This document shows, piece by piece, positions 1 through 10,943 of a stretch of 64,000 nucleotides of DNA. The notes beneath the pieces were generated by a model. That model ran no database searches. It was not told the origin of the DNA and was given only the letters and a program-made list of their open reading frames with translations. The position numbers were made by a program, and so were the translations under genes. Numbering within the stretch: position 1 is the first letter of the stretch; every line of letters starts with the position of its first letter. Source of the DNA: Lytechinus pictus (lineage: Eukaryota); contig NC_087247.1 of NCBI RefSeq assembly GCF_037042905.1, positions 19,344,001 to 19,408,000 on the forward strand, given 5' to 3'.

Positions 1-926
1 ACGTTCCATCACTGGCGTGCAGGCGGGGGGGGGGGGGGGGTCTTAGTTCCACACCCAAGAGGAAATAAAATAAATTATAGGAGACAACGTAATGGACTGA
101 ATGGTAAAAATGAAATGTGTTATTTGCTGAATATAATGGAAAAATCTATCACATAATTAGTATTTTAATTTCAATTGGGTTTTTTTTCCAGCTCGCTTTG
201 CTCGCTGATGACTTTTTACAAATTTTCCCGCGTTACTATTATGTGCCCCCTCAAAATATTTGGTTCATTACGCAACTGGGTTGAGTAAATGTGTTGTGTA
301 AAAGCTATATTCTGTATATACCTGCGATTTGATTAAAACTAGCGGCAATCTGCGAGGTTTAAAATGGCTTTGATATCAGGAAGTTCCGGGGGCTCCGCCC
401 CAGACCCCAACCGCATAGCACTGCCATATATGACTTTGGAAGGGTTGGGCCATGGTCCCAAAATTTATATAACCAAGAACCAAAAAAAAGGATGAAAGAA
501 AAGCAAAGGAAAAGTGTAGGATAAGATTTTATTTACTGAATATTCGTCAAAAATATCTCAAAGTAAGATTCTCATGAAAGGGTGATTTATTTTCTTGCTC
601 GCTTCACTCGCTCGGGACTTATATTAAGCAGGTTTTTAGCACATGCGCCATACTGCAGCGTCCCTTGAGAGAGAAGGGTGAAATATATTATTCTCTGGAT
701 ATCATGTCAAAATCTATCACAAAATTGGATTTTTATAATAAAAATGTCAACATTTTTGCTTTTTTTAAGATAAATAAATATTCTGCCCGATAAGAAATAT
801 CTGGCCCTCTCAAAATTGTTGCCTCAAAACACTATTACGCCTGTTCATATGATGATATGACCGGGACATTTTGGGCTCTTGCCCCTCCCCCCCCCCCCCC
901 GGCCACTTACCCCTGTTACGCCCCAG
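1..926. mobile_element. Composite of non-autonomous CAGTGGCG/CAGGGGCG-type (hAT-like) element pieces replacing the 3' end of GPCR copy 1
   Basis: Terminus-like motifs cactggcgtg (10), ttacgcaactg (~268-278) and ttacgccccag (916-926) abutting GPCR sequence. Poly-G/C runs and gctcgcttcgctcg-type motifs are shared with other elements here. The far end and TSD are not in the window. Confidence 0.6.
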
Positions 927-1895
927 GCTAGAGGATGTCTGCACTTCGTGTCCAAAGACAGGATCGTGGCTTGATCGGGAACAGATAAAGATGCATTTGA
1001 GTGCTTTACGAAACCCTGGATTCCTGGCAGTGTAGATAAAAGGATTGACGCACGAGTTGAAGTAAGCCAGGTTTATGAAGGAACGTTGCACTCCTTGCAC
1101 TGGACTCCCAAGGTAATTCCTGGCAGTGCCGAACCCCATTTTTGCGCAGAAGTAGGCAATCTGAGACGGTGCCCAGCAAATGATGAATACAACTATGACA
1201 ATAAGCATCATTTTAAGAACGCGAGTACGAGCTTTCAGATGAATTGATGGCTTACCAGCGGTGACAGATCCTTCTGTTAAGATCTTGGAGAAATGTTGGG
1301 CCTCTCGGTAAAGTTTCTTGGCTATTAGAATTTGGGTGAGAAAGATAAATACAGTAGGCAAACCAATGCGAAGACAGAGGATGTAAGCAGCATAGGCCAT
1401 GTCGCCTTCGACGGAAAATCCTCTGCGAACGCACCGTCCAGTGAGGTCTTTAACATAGAACACAAAGATGCCCCTGCTTCCTGCGAGCATGAACGTCAAC
1501 CAAACAAGAGCTGTACAAATATACGCTCGCCGCTTTGTGACCATGCGATTGAAAATGACAGGATGGACAACCGCGAAGTAGCGGTCGAAACACATGGCGA
1601 CAAGTTTATAAGAAGATACTGTGATTAGCATCCATTGTAACATAGGAGAAGAGATGAAGATACAATAGAGACGTCCCGCAACACTTGAAGGCATTGTTTG
1701 AGCGCTCGGGCGGGGAATCATCTCGATGGATAACAAGAAATCTACAAGAGCTAGATTGCCCACTAGGATGTCAGTGGAGCATCTGGAGGAAGTTTTCCAG
1801 AACACCACAAGGATGACCAGGAAGTTCCCCAGTATCCCAAGAATCGCATAAACCATCTGTAAGATGACACACCAAGGCCATTCCATTGGTTGCAT
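810..1895 (-). CDS. GPCR copy 1: residual 361-aa 7TM ORF of a class A GPCR (galanin/allatostatin-receptor-like lineage-specific expansion); N-terminus lost, C-tail derived from a transposon
   Basis: Motifs GILGN (TM1), NLALVD (TM2), CFDRYFAVVHP, FIICWAP and NSCVNPFIY. Starts at the internal Met of MQP. Homology to the paralogues ends at 927, and the last ~38 aa are read from inserted repeat DNA. Confidence 0.75.
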   Translation of the reverse strand: MQPMEWPWCVILQMVYAILGILGNFLVILVVFWKTSSRCSTDILVGNLALVDFLLSIEMIPRPSAQTMPSSVAGRLYCIFISSPMLQWMLITVSSYKLVAMCFDRYFAVVHPVIFNRMVTKRRAYICTALVWLTFMLAGSRGIFVFYVKDLTGRCVRRGFSVEGDMAYAAYILCLRIGLPTVFIFLTQILIAKKLYREAQHFSKILTEGSVTAGKPSIHLKARTRVLKMMLIVIVVFIICWAPSQIAYFCAKMGFGTARNYLGSPVQGVQRSFINLAYFNSCVNPFIYTARNPGFRKALKCIFICSRSSHDPVFGHEVQTSSSLGRNRGKWPGGGGEGQEPKMSRSYHHMNRRNSVLRQQF

Positions 1896-3057
1896 TTTTT
1901 CGGAGCGGTCTTCCTCGCAAGTAAAATTTAGTATAATGTCGAAGGAGAGATTATATCGTTGCTTAAAACATTTGAACTTGTGGTGGAGCTGGATTCATTT
2001 GGTCTACCCGTTGATTCTTAACCAGTGATATATGCGAATGCACTTGATCCTGGAGAAGCCGATGTTCCTTCGAGACGAAGCGTCGATTGGTTTGTGGCCA
2101 GGGATTCATCTTTAAAGTATACACCCGAAGAATCAAAAGTATTTTATAATGACTTTATGTGGTCATCATTGTAAAGGGGAAGTATTACTAATCAGATATA
2201 TAACTTCACTTTTCAAAATAGTGATCAGAGTTTGCAGAAATCAGCTCCCAAAAATGATTTATTTTCATGCCATATTTCTGCCTTCCACCGGTCCTCTTGC
2301 GAGCTCCAGCTGAGTGACGTCACACAATGAGCAGTGCAGCTGAGCTGACAGCAGCCCATTGGAGACGATCTTTCCAATCAGCGTTTTTTGCTCTTAGAAC
2401 TGTTTATTCCTCTTAAGATTGGTCTTGTTATATAGATAAAAGTTTGAATTTACTGAACAGTGAAAAAAAGTGCACATTTAACGTATTTTGGTAACCGATA
2501 TTTAGCTTAGAATTTTTTTTTTTCAAGAAATATATGTGAATAAACAAAGCATATTTTCACGTAGAAATCACACTTGCGTCACATTAATATTATAATCAAT
2601 ATAAAGCATAGACATTCTTCTTTTTGACTGAACAAAAATTATGAAATTTCATTAAGTAGCAAAGTCAGGAACCACAAAAAAACACGGCAATATCCATCGC
2701 GAAATGACTGAAATTGCAGTTGAATTGCCGAAGCATTATTAGGCAACAGCGGCGAGCGGACTTTATTTCATATATCTTAAAAATACGTTTTCAATAGGGC
2801 AATGGTCTGTGGCCAAATGCGTTGGCCATTGTTTTGTCATGTGCGAGGACCCTGGTTCGAAACTCGAATTTTTTTTCTGGGTATTTTTTTTTATTTATTC
2901 CCCGTCCCTACCCATCTTTTTTTCTCTTTTTATTTTCTTGTGAAATTCTATTCAGACCTGTGTTTATCAAATCTTGCTTCTTAATTGCTGCTTTTGATTT
3001 TCAAGTTCTTGATTAGATTATTTCTACTCTTATTTGGGATGGGCGGGGTAGAGTTAA

Positions 3058-3388
3058 AAGTCAAGTCCACATCAACTAAAAATTATTTGAATAGAGTAAT
3101 TTCCCTTGTTGTTTTCACTCAAAACAGTCATATACACAAAACAATGATATGCAAATTAGATTTGTCACTCACATCACATTCGTTTCTATTTTTTGTGGCA
3201 TTTTGTTTTTTATTCTTTGCAGATTTGACGATAGGAAACTCTTCATCTGATCACAATAGGTTATATTTACGGAACTGTTAAAATGGTAATTATATAAATT
3301 TGAATCAAAGTTTTTATGAAATTTCCTGCAATATCTTGTTATTTTTCTTTAAATTCAAATGAATTTTTGATTGCGTGGACTTCTCCTT
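3058..3388. mobile_element. Degenerate Kolobok-like MITE nested in the 3.6-kb element
   Basis: ttaa-aagtcaagtccac ... gtggacttctccttta. Same family as 22744-23347. Confidence 0.65.
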
Positions 3389-4371
3389 TACTCTTAATGT
3401 AGGGAATGCATAGCAAAATTTATCCAGAAACAAATTGTCTTAGAATATGCAAATCAGTAATTGGACACATGTTCACTTTTCTTTCATCCAGGCCACTTCC
3501 TCACATCCACCAGGCTTTCAGTCTTATAACAAAAATGATGAACCATCACACAACAGCACACAACATTCACAGTGCTTCACAATAAATATTTCTCTCGGTT
3601 CATACATGCAATAAATATTGTGGAAAACAAATAAAAGGCGTACCCATATTCAAATACCGTTTAAAAGGACAAATATATTATACCTTTCGAGAAAAATCAG
3701 CACGTTAAATATCTGATAACAAAACATAATTATGGGGCACTGCAAGAAACTTATGTTCAATTGCAAATCAAGCGTAAGTCTTAAATTCAAATTTAAGCGT
3801 AATAAGGTCGAGTTGCAATCGCAATTCAACTACATGTTTAATCAAAGGACTTACCCTTGATTTGGGACGTGTGATTGAGTATAAAATTTCTCGCAAAATG
3901 CCCTAGTAACATTAAAATTGTTCTTTCGTTTTAAATTGTGTGTTATTATTTTTGACAAGCTGTATTCCTGTCCAAGTCAAATTTCTTAGTTCTCTCCAAA
4001 ACTGTGCTCAAAATTGTTTCCAAGATTGATAAAGAAAATTTTTTTTGGTATCATTATCAGTCCACAACTTGCAAACCGTAGGTCCTGGAAAGAGTGAAGA
4101 AAAAAATGGCTATATCCAAATCATAGTAAAAGGACATGATGGAATCTCCCAGATTGAGGTAGCAAGCAGAGACAAGAAGTCACCAGAGTCAGCAAGTGTG
4201 CAGATCTGTGTGTAGAAGAGAGAAAAAAAGAAATAGTTTAAATAATCAAATCAAAGTATGAATTTAATTATCGTGATGATTGATGACGTGCGGTGGCATG
4301 TAATTCCCGGTCAACAACAAATGATAGTAGGTTTAGACACCTGAAAAGTTCCACTCAGAACACTGGTGCTC

Positions 4372-4520
4372 TACCTCAAGTGATGTTTGTGTAGGCCCCA
4401 CTCCACTTCACTACCGCTACACTACCGTACATGTACGCCACACCTACCCGGGTAGGTGTGTAGCGTAGTGTAGGCTGTAGCAGTAGTGAAGTGGAGACTA
4501 CACGTACATCACTTGAGGTA
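4372..4520. repeat. ~150-bp imperfect palindrome/hairpin
   Basis: Arms tacctcaagtgatgt/acatcacttgaggta and ctccacttcactac/gtagtgaagtggag, centred on cacctacccgggtaggtg. Confidence 0.8.
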
Positions 4521-5819
4521 CGGTGCTCTCTGAGTCTCTGTGTCATTACAAAGATTGCATCTTCATTGTTGAAGGCATTACGCATACATATATGCAGCAA
4601 CACTCTAATCAGAAAGAAACACCAGACTCTCATTTTGGCCCACCCAAGGGTTCATTACATGCCGCCGCGCACAGAAAATTCAAGCCATAGAAGTCGTGTG
4701 TTGTGGACCCAAGAAGTGAGATCCCAGCACGCGCGACCCACTAGTTAGAAATCCACTGCCAAACGCGGTTCGTGGTGGGAGGTTAGTATACTAATACTAA
4801 CCTCGCAATACGTGTGAGTGATTTTGGCCAGGAATCAGGGTAATCACTGCTGAAAATTTGTCTGGCTTCATGACATCGGCATCATGGTGATATAATTCTG
4901 TGTATAATAAAAACTCAAACATTCCTCTGAAACAGCAGATTTTCAGCCATGGCCCATACCAGTGCTCCTAAATAATTTAACCGCCTGCCTGAGTCCTGAC
5001 CAGTTTTAGAAATCTGAAGAAAAAATCTGCTGGAATTGTGCAAAAACATTATTTCTAAAATAAAGACTTTTTAATTTTAATAGTAGTTATGCCAAAATGC
5101 ATGATTCTAAACTTATATCAGATCTGTATCTGTCATCTGACCTGAATGCATCGTCAGAACAAGTACAGTTTCCAAACATGCTTACCTTGACTTTTGACTG
5201 GATCAAACAGCGTAACCTGCAACATGCATCGGGAGCAAGTGAATGGGACCGTGCAGCTTGGAGTTTTTCAATAGTTAGTAGAGCAACACAACGAAGACTG
5301 TCGAATGGACAAAATCGATCTTTCCAGTTCACAATTCAATTAAAAAAAAACAGGCAAAATAACACAGTTCTGGTTCCCTTATAGTCTGAAGTTGTCGAAA
5401 ACAGAATTCGGATATCACAATACATGAAGAAAACGGTAAATTCGAAGAAAAATAGAGACCAGGAAGGTGAATCAGCTATCAGTGTACTGCTGGCTTGCAC
5501 AGAGAGAGAGCTGAGTGAGTCGATCATGTGACGTCATTATTCTCGACTGTTTTTGATCGCGTGATTGTCTGTCTGGGGTCGGCTGGGGGGCTGAGAAGGG
5601 TCTCTAATAATTTCATTTCTTGCATTTCCACGACATCAATAAGACTGTTCAGTGACATATTTGTGTATAAAAAGACAAGACCTTTCCATTCATATATAAT
5701 TTGTCTATAATCATCACTTTCGTGAATTTTCTTTGGATGTATACTTTAACCAGCACCAAGTAGATAATTTTGGAATATAATTTGAAAGTCATCTTCATAT
5801 TATGATAAAATACGTGCTG

Positions 5820-6092
5820 CTGATGAAATAAAAAAAAAAGATAATTAATATTAAAAAGATAATGTTATTTCTTAGCTCGAATGAAAACCTATAAACAAGA
5901 CACTGATTTCCAATCTCGGTGGATCGTTTCTGTTTGTTGTAATTAATTTCATAACACTTCTTTTGATATGTATTTCAAATACAAATTATATTTTCAACAA
6001 GATATGAATGATATTTAAGACTTACCGATTGGCGATTCACTGAAAGTTGTTGAAGAGCTGATAATAGTCTCCCAAGCTTTCACTTTTATATA
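5820..6092 (-). promoter_or_regulatory. Copy 1 predicted TATA (6084-6092), short non-coding exon 1 and 5'UTR intron (5820-6025)
   Basis: On the minus strand: TATATAAAA, TCAGCT Inr-like motif ~32 nt downstream, G|GTAAGT donor, polypyrimidine tract plus CAG acceptor just upstream of the ATG. Confidence 0.6.
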
Positions 6093-6265
6093 GTCTTTGG
6101 CGTTTACCGCTGTGTCATCCATTACGATCAATCCATTAATCTAGGCCCTGGATAGTATAATGTTCCAATAGTGAATTACACCTTTTCTGGTTTTATATTG
6201 ACTGTGCTTACAATTAAATAAAACAAAAATTGCCTCTCTTTTCAATGTACATGTAACTTCCTGAC

Positions 6266-6560
6266 ATGTTAAAATATATCAAAACGGTGATACCATCACC
6301 TACTCTAAAAGGAAAGAAAATATCAGTTATTTTCAGAATTGAATATCTGTCAAAGAAATCATTCAAATAGAAGTCTTTCGATTATTCATTAAAGTTTCAT
6401 CCAACCTTCAATGTTAAAAAGATATCAAAACGGTGAGAACATGACCAACTCTAAACGGAAAGAAAATATCAGTTATTTCCAGAATTGAATATCTGTCAAA
6501 GAAATCACTGAAATAAAAGTCTTTCGAGTTTTCATTAAAGTTTCTTCCAACCTTCAATGT
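6266..6560. repeat. 145-bp tandem duplication upstream of copy 1 (single in the other units)
   Basis: atgttaaaa..atatcaaaacggtga...ccaaccttca starts at 6266 and again at 6411. Confidence 0.85.
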
Positions 6561-6869
6561 CATATGGAATTTTAATTTCGTGATACATAAGTGACTCTTT
6601 CAACAATATATGCAGGTGACGGTCATTCATTTTTGCTAAAATGTACTCTGAATAGTCGAAAACTTGATACTAAAGCGCTTAAGGTGAATCTTTTCAAGAA
6701 TTTCTGCTTTCAGACAAGCCGTATATGGATTTGAACAGCAAAATCAAATTCAATAAAATCAGCTAAGGTTTGAAAATAGAGACCCTTAGTGCTTTTCAGA
6801 CATCTCATTTGTTTAGCATTCCTTTACATTGTTTACTAGTGTGCTTCAGCTCTCTTAGAACTTTTTTTT

Positions 6870-8428
6870 TTAAATAATAATAATGAAAATATATGCAACT
6901 ATAGTTAGGCGCCATATCCATTTCGTAAGAGGTGATCAAGGCGCACAAGTGAAGGGGGGCAAACGAAATTACAAGTAACAGAAAATCATTGATACAATGA
7001 GTTAAAGAGGTAAGTTTGTAGCTTAATCTTAAATGTTTCGACACTCTTGCTATCTCGGATCTCTCGTGGGAGGGAATTCCATAGTGAGCGCCCTGCATGG
7101 ATGAATGCCCCCCCCCCCCCACTTGGAACTGTAAACATGGTAAGAAGACTAGATGCACTGCATATGGAGCGTATAAGCCTAGATGGTGTGTAGAGCAGAG
7201 TTGTACTGTGGAGCAGGGCCCAGTTAAATGATTTCGAATTTGCCGCGTTCACTCATGGGCAACCAATGTAAAGATTTAAGAACAGGAGTGATGTGGGTAA
7301 ATTTGTTACGAAGGGTCACTATACGAGAAGCAGAATTCTGTAGTTTTTGCAAACGAGTAATTTGGGACTGGGGTAGATTAAATAAAAGTGCATTGCCGAA
7401 ATCAAGACGAGATAAAATCAATGAATGAACAATTTTCTCTGTTGCGTCGAGAGTCAAATATTAATTTTTGCATGTGAACCCTATAGTTTGCGAAACTGAT
7501 ACCGTACAGATTTACAAATGTATTGAATATGAGTAGGGGAAGGCGGGGGTAAGTTGAGCATAGGGGCAAGTTGAGCCACCAACCCCAGGCCAATAATAAA
7601 TGAGTCGGACATTGTGGTGGTGTCATGTATTGATGACCCATTGCATAACCCCTAACCCCACCACATTGTTTTGAACTTTGAAACAAAAAGTACTTTTTGA
7701 GAGGGAAAAATAAAAATTTAAGCCAAAAAAGTAAAAAATTGTGAAATAGATAAGTGCTATTTACACACACGTCTTTAAATATAATAAAGAAATAAGAACA
7801 ACATTGTTAGTCCAGGTATAGATCTTCATTCTTGTCATAGTCTTTTACATGATGGATGCAAAAGAAATAAGTGGATGCGAAATTATCGCATTATGTTTGG
7901 ACTGGGGCTGAGCCAGCCAACATGGGGCAAGTTGAGCCATGGTAGTTATTATGGTAATGTATATAAAAAACAAATTGAGAATTAGCAAGTAAAAAGACTT
8001 TAAATAAAAAATTGATATGCTGGCTCTTCCCCTTTACATTTTGTGCATAGTTTTTATGGCTCAACTTACCCCAGAAGGTGGCTCAACTTACCCCACAGAT
8101 GGGGAAAGTTGAGCCATTTTACATCTCTTTTTTCAAAGATGACAATGACTTTCAGTGTGGGGGTAGAAAGTTATATAGAGGTGAAAAATATTTCAGAAGA
8201 ATTAGATTTAAAGGCAAGGTACTTATTTCTACAAGATTATTAATCATATCAATTCTAACATGCAAAAAGCAAAAAGTGTCACAACTTACCCCGCCTTCCC
8301 CTACCATCGATCATGTTTGAGTCGAGAAACATACCAAGATTGTGTCAGAAACTTCAATAATGTGGTTGGAAAAAGAAATTGATGTAATTTGTACTCTAGA
8401 CAGATGGGTTATTAATGAAATCATATTA
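6870..8428 (-). mobile_element. 5'-truncated L2/CR1-group LINE (RT C-terminal region, 3'UTR, (ATT)n tail), unit A
   Basis: Peptides NLGMFLDS, ATEKIVHSLILSRLDFGNALL, QKLQNSASRIV, HITPVLKSLHWLP and AGRSLWNSLPREIR are typical of L2-clade ORF2 ends. Frameshifted. Confidence 0.88.
7536..8301. mobile_element. Tc1/mariner(pogo)-type MITE, unit A only
   Basis: TA TSD. TIR ggggaaggcgggg(g)taagttg / caacttaccccgccttcccc. Empty site gagtaccatcg at ~17660. Confidence 0.88.
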
Positions 8429-9500
8429 TTTAATGGTTATAACCCCTTCAAAAGTTATCCGCGTCCCCTTGTTACTTTCAACGACTAACTTTTTCACGCA
8501 GGCAATATGACAGTTCTATATCAACTTCAACATCTTTTACAAAGGAAAACTACTGTTTTGACGTTTTATTAACGAGAATTATCAATTGAATCTTGGGATA
8601 CTCATATACCAGTATAACAACCACGAATTACCCTCCGTTTTTAACAATATATTTCGAGTAAATGATTAAAGTAACCATTACTCAGCTATATACAAATCAA
8701 TTTGTATCACTTGCCAAGGACTCATACAGCACAGAACACTTTAATATTCACTGCCCCAAAATATTGGAATTCCCTTCCTCTGAATATAAGAGAGAGTTTA
8801 AGCTTATGTATATACATCTAAACTTTAAGTTAAGAAATCACTATTTGCCTCCTACTCCATGTACTCCCAACAAACCCCCTCGAATATTTGACAAGTATAC
8901 CGTATACAGATCCCATCTACGACCCTTTCCCCCATACTTTTTTTTCTCTCTCGCTTTCTTTTCACTATTATTTTTTCCCCTTTTGTCTCCTTTAACATGT
9001 TTAATATTCTGTTGCATTTTATCCTTTCTTCGTGGAGCCCCACCCCCATACATCTTTGTTCAGTCATTTTTATCATCCATGACCGTGCATTTATCAACCC
9101 CTGAAATCCAATCTCTGCTTACACTCCCTAATCTTCTATAACGTTCCTTTAATTGCGTTCTAATCGAGAAATCAGCGTCACACAAGCCTTGCTTCTTAGC
9201 TGGTCTCTTTTTTTTCATAGCCGTTTTTTTTTTCTCTCTTTTTAAGCATACATACAACTATACTCCTAAAAAGGTTTGATTTGTGTATTTTCTTTTCTAT
9301 AGATTATTTGCATTTTTATTACCAATTTGCAAAAAAATATGCTACTTTGGGGGTTATGATTGATTTGTCTCGATTTATGTAATTGATTTTTATTTGTGTT
9401 CCTCTAATTTGTATGGTGAAAAAATAGATATCATATTTTCAATTTGAAACAAGTATGGTTAGTACATTGAAGATCCAATAATAAAATTCAAACTTCCTTA

Positions 9501-9728
9501 CACTCTGAAAACACTGAATAAAATTTTACCCAATATTGGGTAGACAGGGAACATGCATGTTTGCTGGGTTTTTTGTTTTACCCCATATTGGGCTAAATGC
9601 ATGTTTTAAGGGTAAATTTCAACGCAGCATTGCGTAAAATACAAAAAATTGTATCTTTTCACCCAACCATCACGCATGTTCCCATTTTATCCAATAGTAG
9701 GTACAGTGGGTAAACCCTTTTTAGAGTG
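9501..9728. mobile_element. CACT-terminal (EnSpm/CACTA-like) MITE; orthologous copies at 22635-23473 and 49793-50632
   Basis: ta-cactctgaaaa ... tttttagagtg-ta, with internal inverted ttacccaatattggg motifs. Confidence 0.7.
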
Positions 9729-10943
9729 TATTTAGCAAACTGTTCAACAAATACATGTAGATAAAAAGTTTGTAATATATTGTAAACAAAGTTTAAAAAT
9801 CTATAGCAGTGTTCTTACTGTGAATAACGTTAAGACCTCCTTTAGAACAAGCTTACCAAAGGAACTAAGGGGAAAAATAATAACAATGCGGTATTCAGTT
9901 CAATTCATTTTATTTCATTCACAGTAAATAAGAAACACACAAATGTAGAAGGGCCTATAATAATACCATAATACCATAATACATTGCACTAAACATGACA
10001 CATACAAATTTATCATATTTAGCGTGGATGGAGACAGTTATGGAAGTCTTATACTAAGATTTGTTCTTCCATAGCTGCCCCCTAAAAAAGTTAAACTCAA
10101 TACTCACTGGTATTTATTAACATTTTCGGAATTTCGGAGCCGGGGCGTTCTTATGACCACCCCCCCCCCTCCCTCCATGACCACCGTTTCGCGATGTATG
10201 CTTCTTCGTATTTTAGTAGTAAACTTTTTAATACAAAACTTTAATTTTGTGTTAGATTTTGAAATAAAATTCAGAAAATGTTATCACATTCCACGCTCTT
10301 TTCTTTCCCGGTTTCAACCTTTTCTTGGTCTCGAAACTTTGGGGGTCCATGTCCCTTGCCCCACCCCATCTGTCTGCTTTTGATGACGGGGTGAACTATC
10401 CTGCAAAGTTCAACGGGTTTAGAGGAGAGGGCGCGCCACGGATTATCTGAGAAGATCGTATCATGGACCTGAAGTCGGTCCATGATCGTATTGATTCCTT
10501 TCTGTGACCGGCGTATCAATTTGATAAAGATCAGGGCTTTCCCCAAGATTTTTACAAATAAGTCTTAAAAACATCAAGTTGTTTTTACACATTAAACTAT
10601 TTGCAAAATATATGAGATAAATATTTCATCTACATAATTAGTTTTAGCGTTGACAAAACTTTCTCACTCTCTATAACAGTCCTACATTAACCATTACATA
10701 CATGAACAACAAAACAGATGCAGTGCAAAGTTGCACAATCTTGCTTCATTCTAATATCCAAGAGCTATCACAAAGCCATATTACTTAAGGCAAAGGTAAA
10801 GTTAAACCTACAAAAAGGGCTATATTTCCCAATTGATCAATCGTGATCCTCAATCATTAATTGTTATTAAAATGTTGGCATAATTTTGTAAGCCGTATTA
10901 TACAGGACGCAAAAATGGCATCATCCTACTAAAGATGACTAAG

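Larger units (their letters stand above)
2116..5745. mobile_element. 3.6-kb Kolobok-like non-autonomous DNA transposon inserted in the copy 1 coding region
   Basis: TTAA duplicated at 2112-2115 and 5746-5749. Imperfect TIR agtatacacccgaagaa / ttctttggatgtatact. Empty site tctttaaccaac in copies 2-5. TGACGTCA occurs ~200 bp inside each end. Confidence 0.85.
927..5798 (-). pseudogene. Full extent of disrupted GPCR copy 1
   Basis: Original ATG at 5798 (MKMTFKLYSKIIYLVLVK). A 3.6-kb TE sits at the TTAA in the V-K codons (2116-5745). There is a +2-bp frameshift near 1952 (gagattatatcg vs gagatcatcg), a 30-bp deletion (KTLFQWSWST), a 9-bp ECL3 insertion, and the 3' end is replaced at 926/927. Confidence 0.8.

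Noticed and set aside
1252-1628. Recurrent 60-, 71- and 98-aa ORFs overlapping each GPCR
   Set aside because: These are alternate-frame or antisense shadows, repeated only because the gene is duplicated. The 98-aa ORF is lost in copy 4.
2798-2870. tRNA-like A/B-box segment (ggttcgaaac)
   Set aside because: Too degenerate to fold or assign. At most a decayed SINE head.
4376-5527. Short ORFs inside the 3.6-kb element as a transposase
   Set aside because: No recognisable DDE, THAP or zinc-finger motif. The element is treated as non-autonomous.
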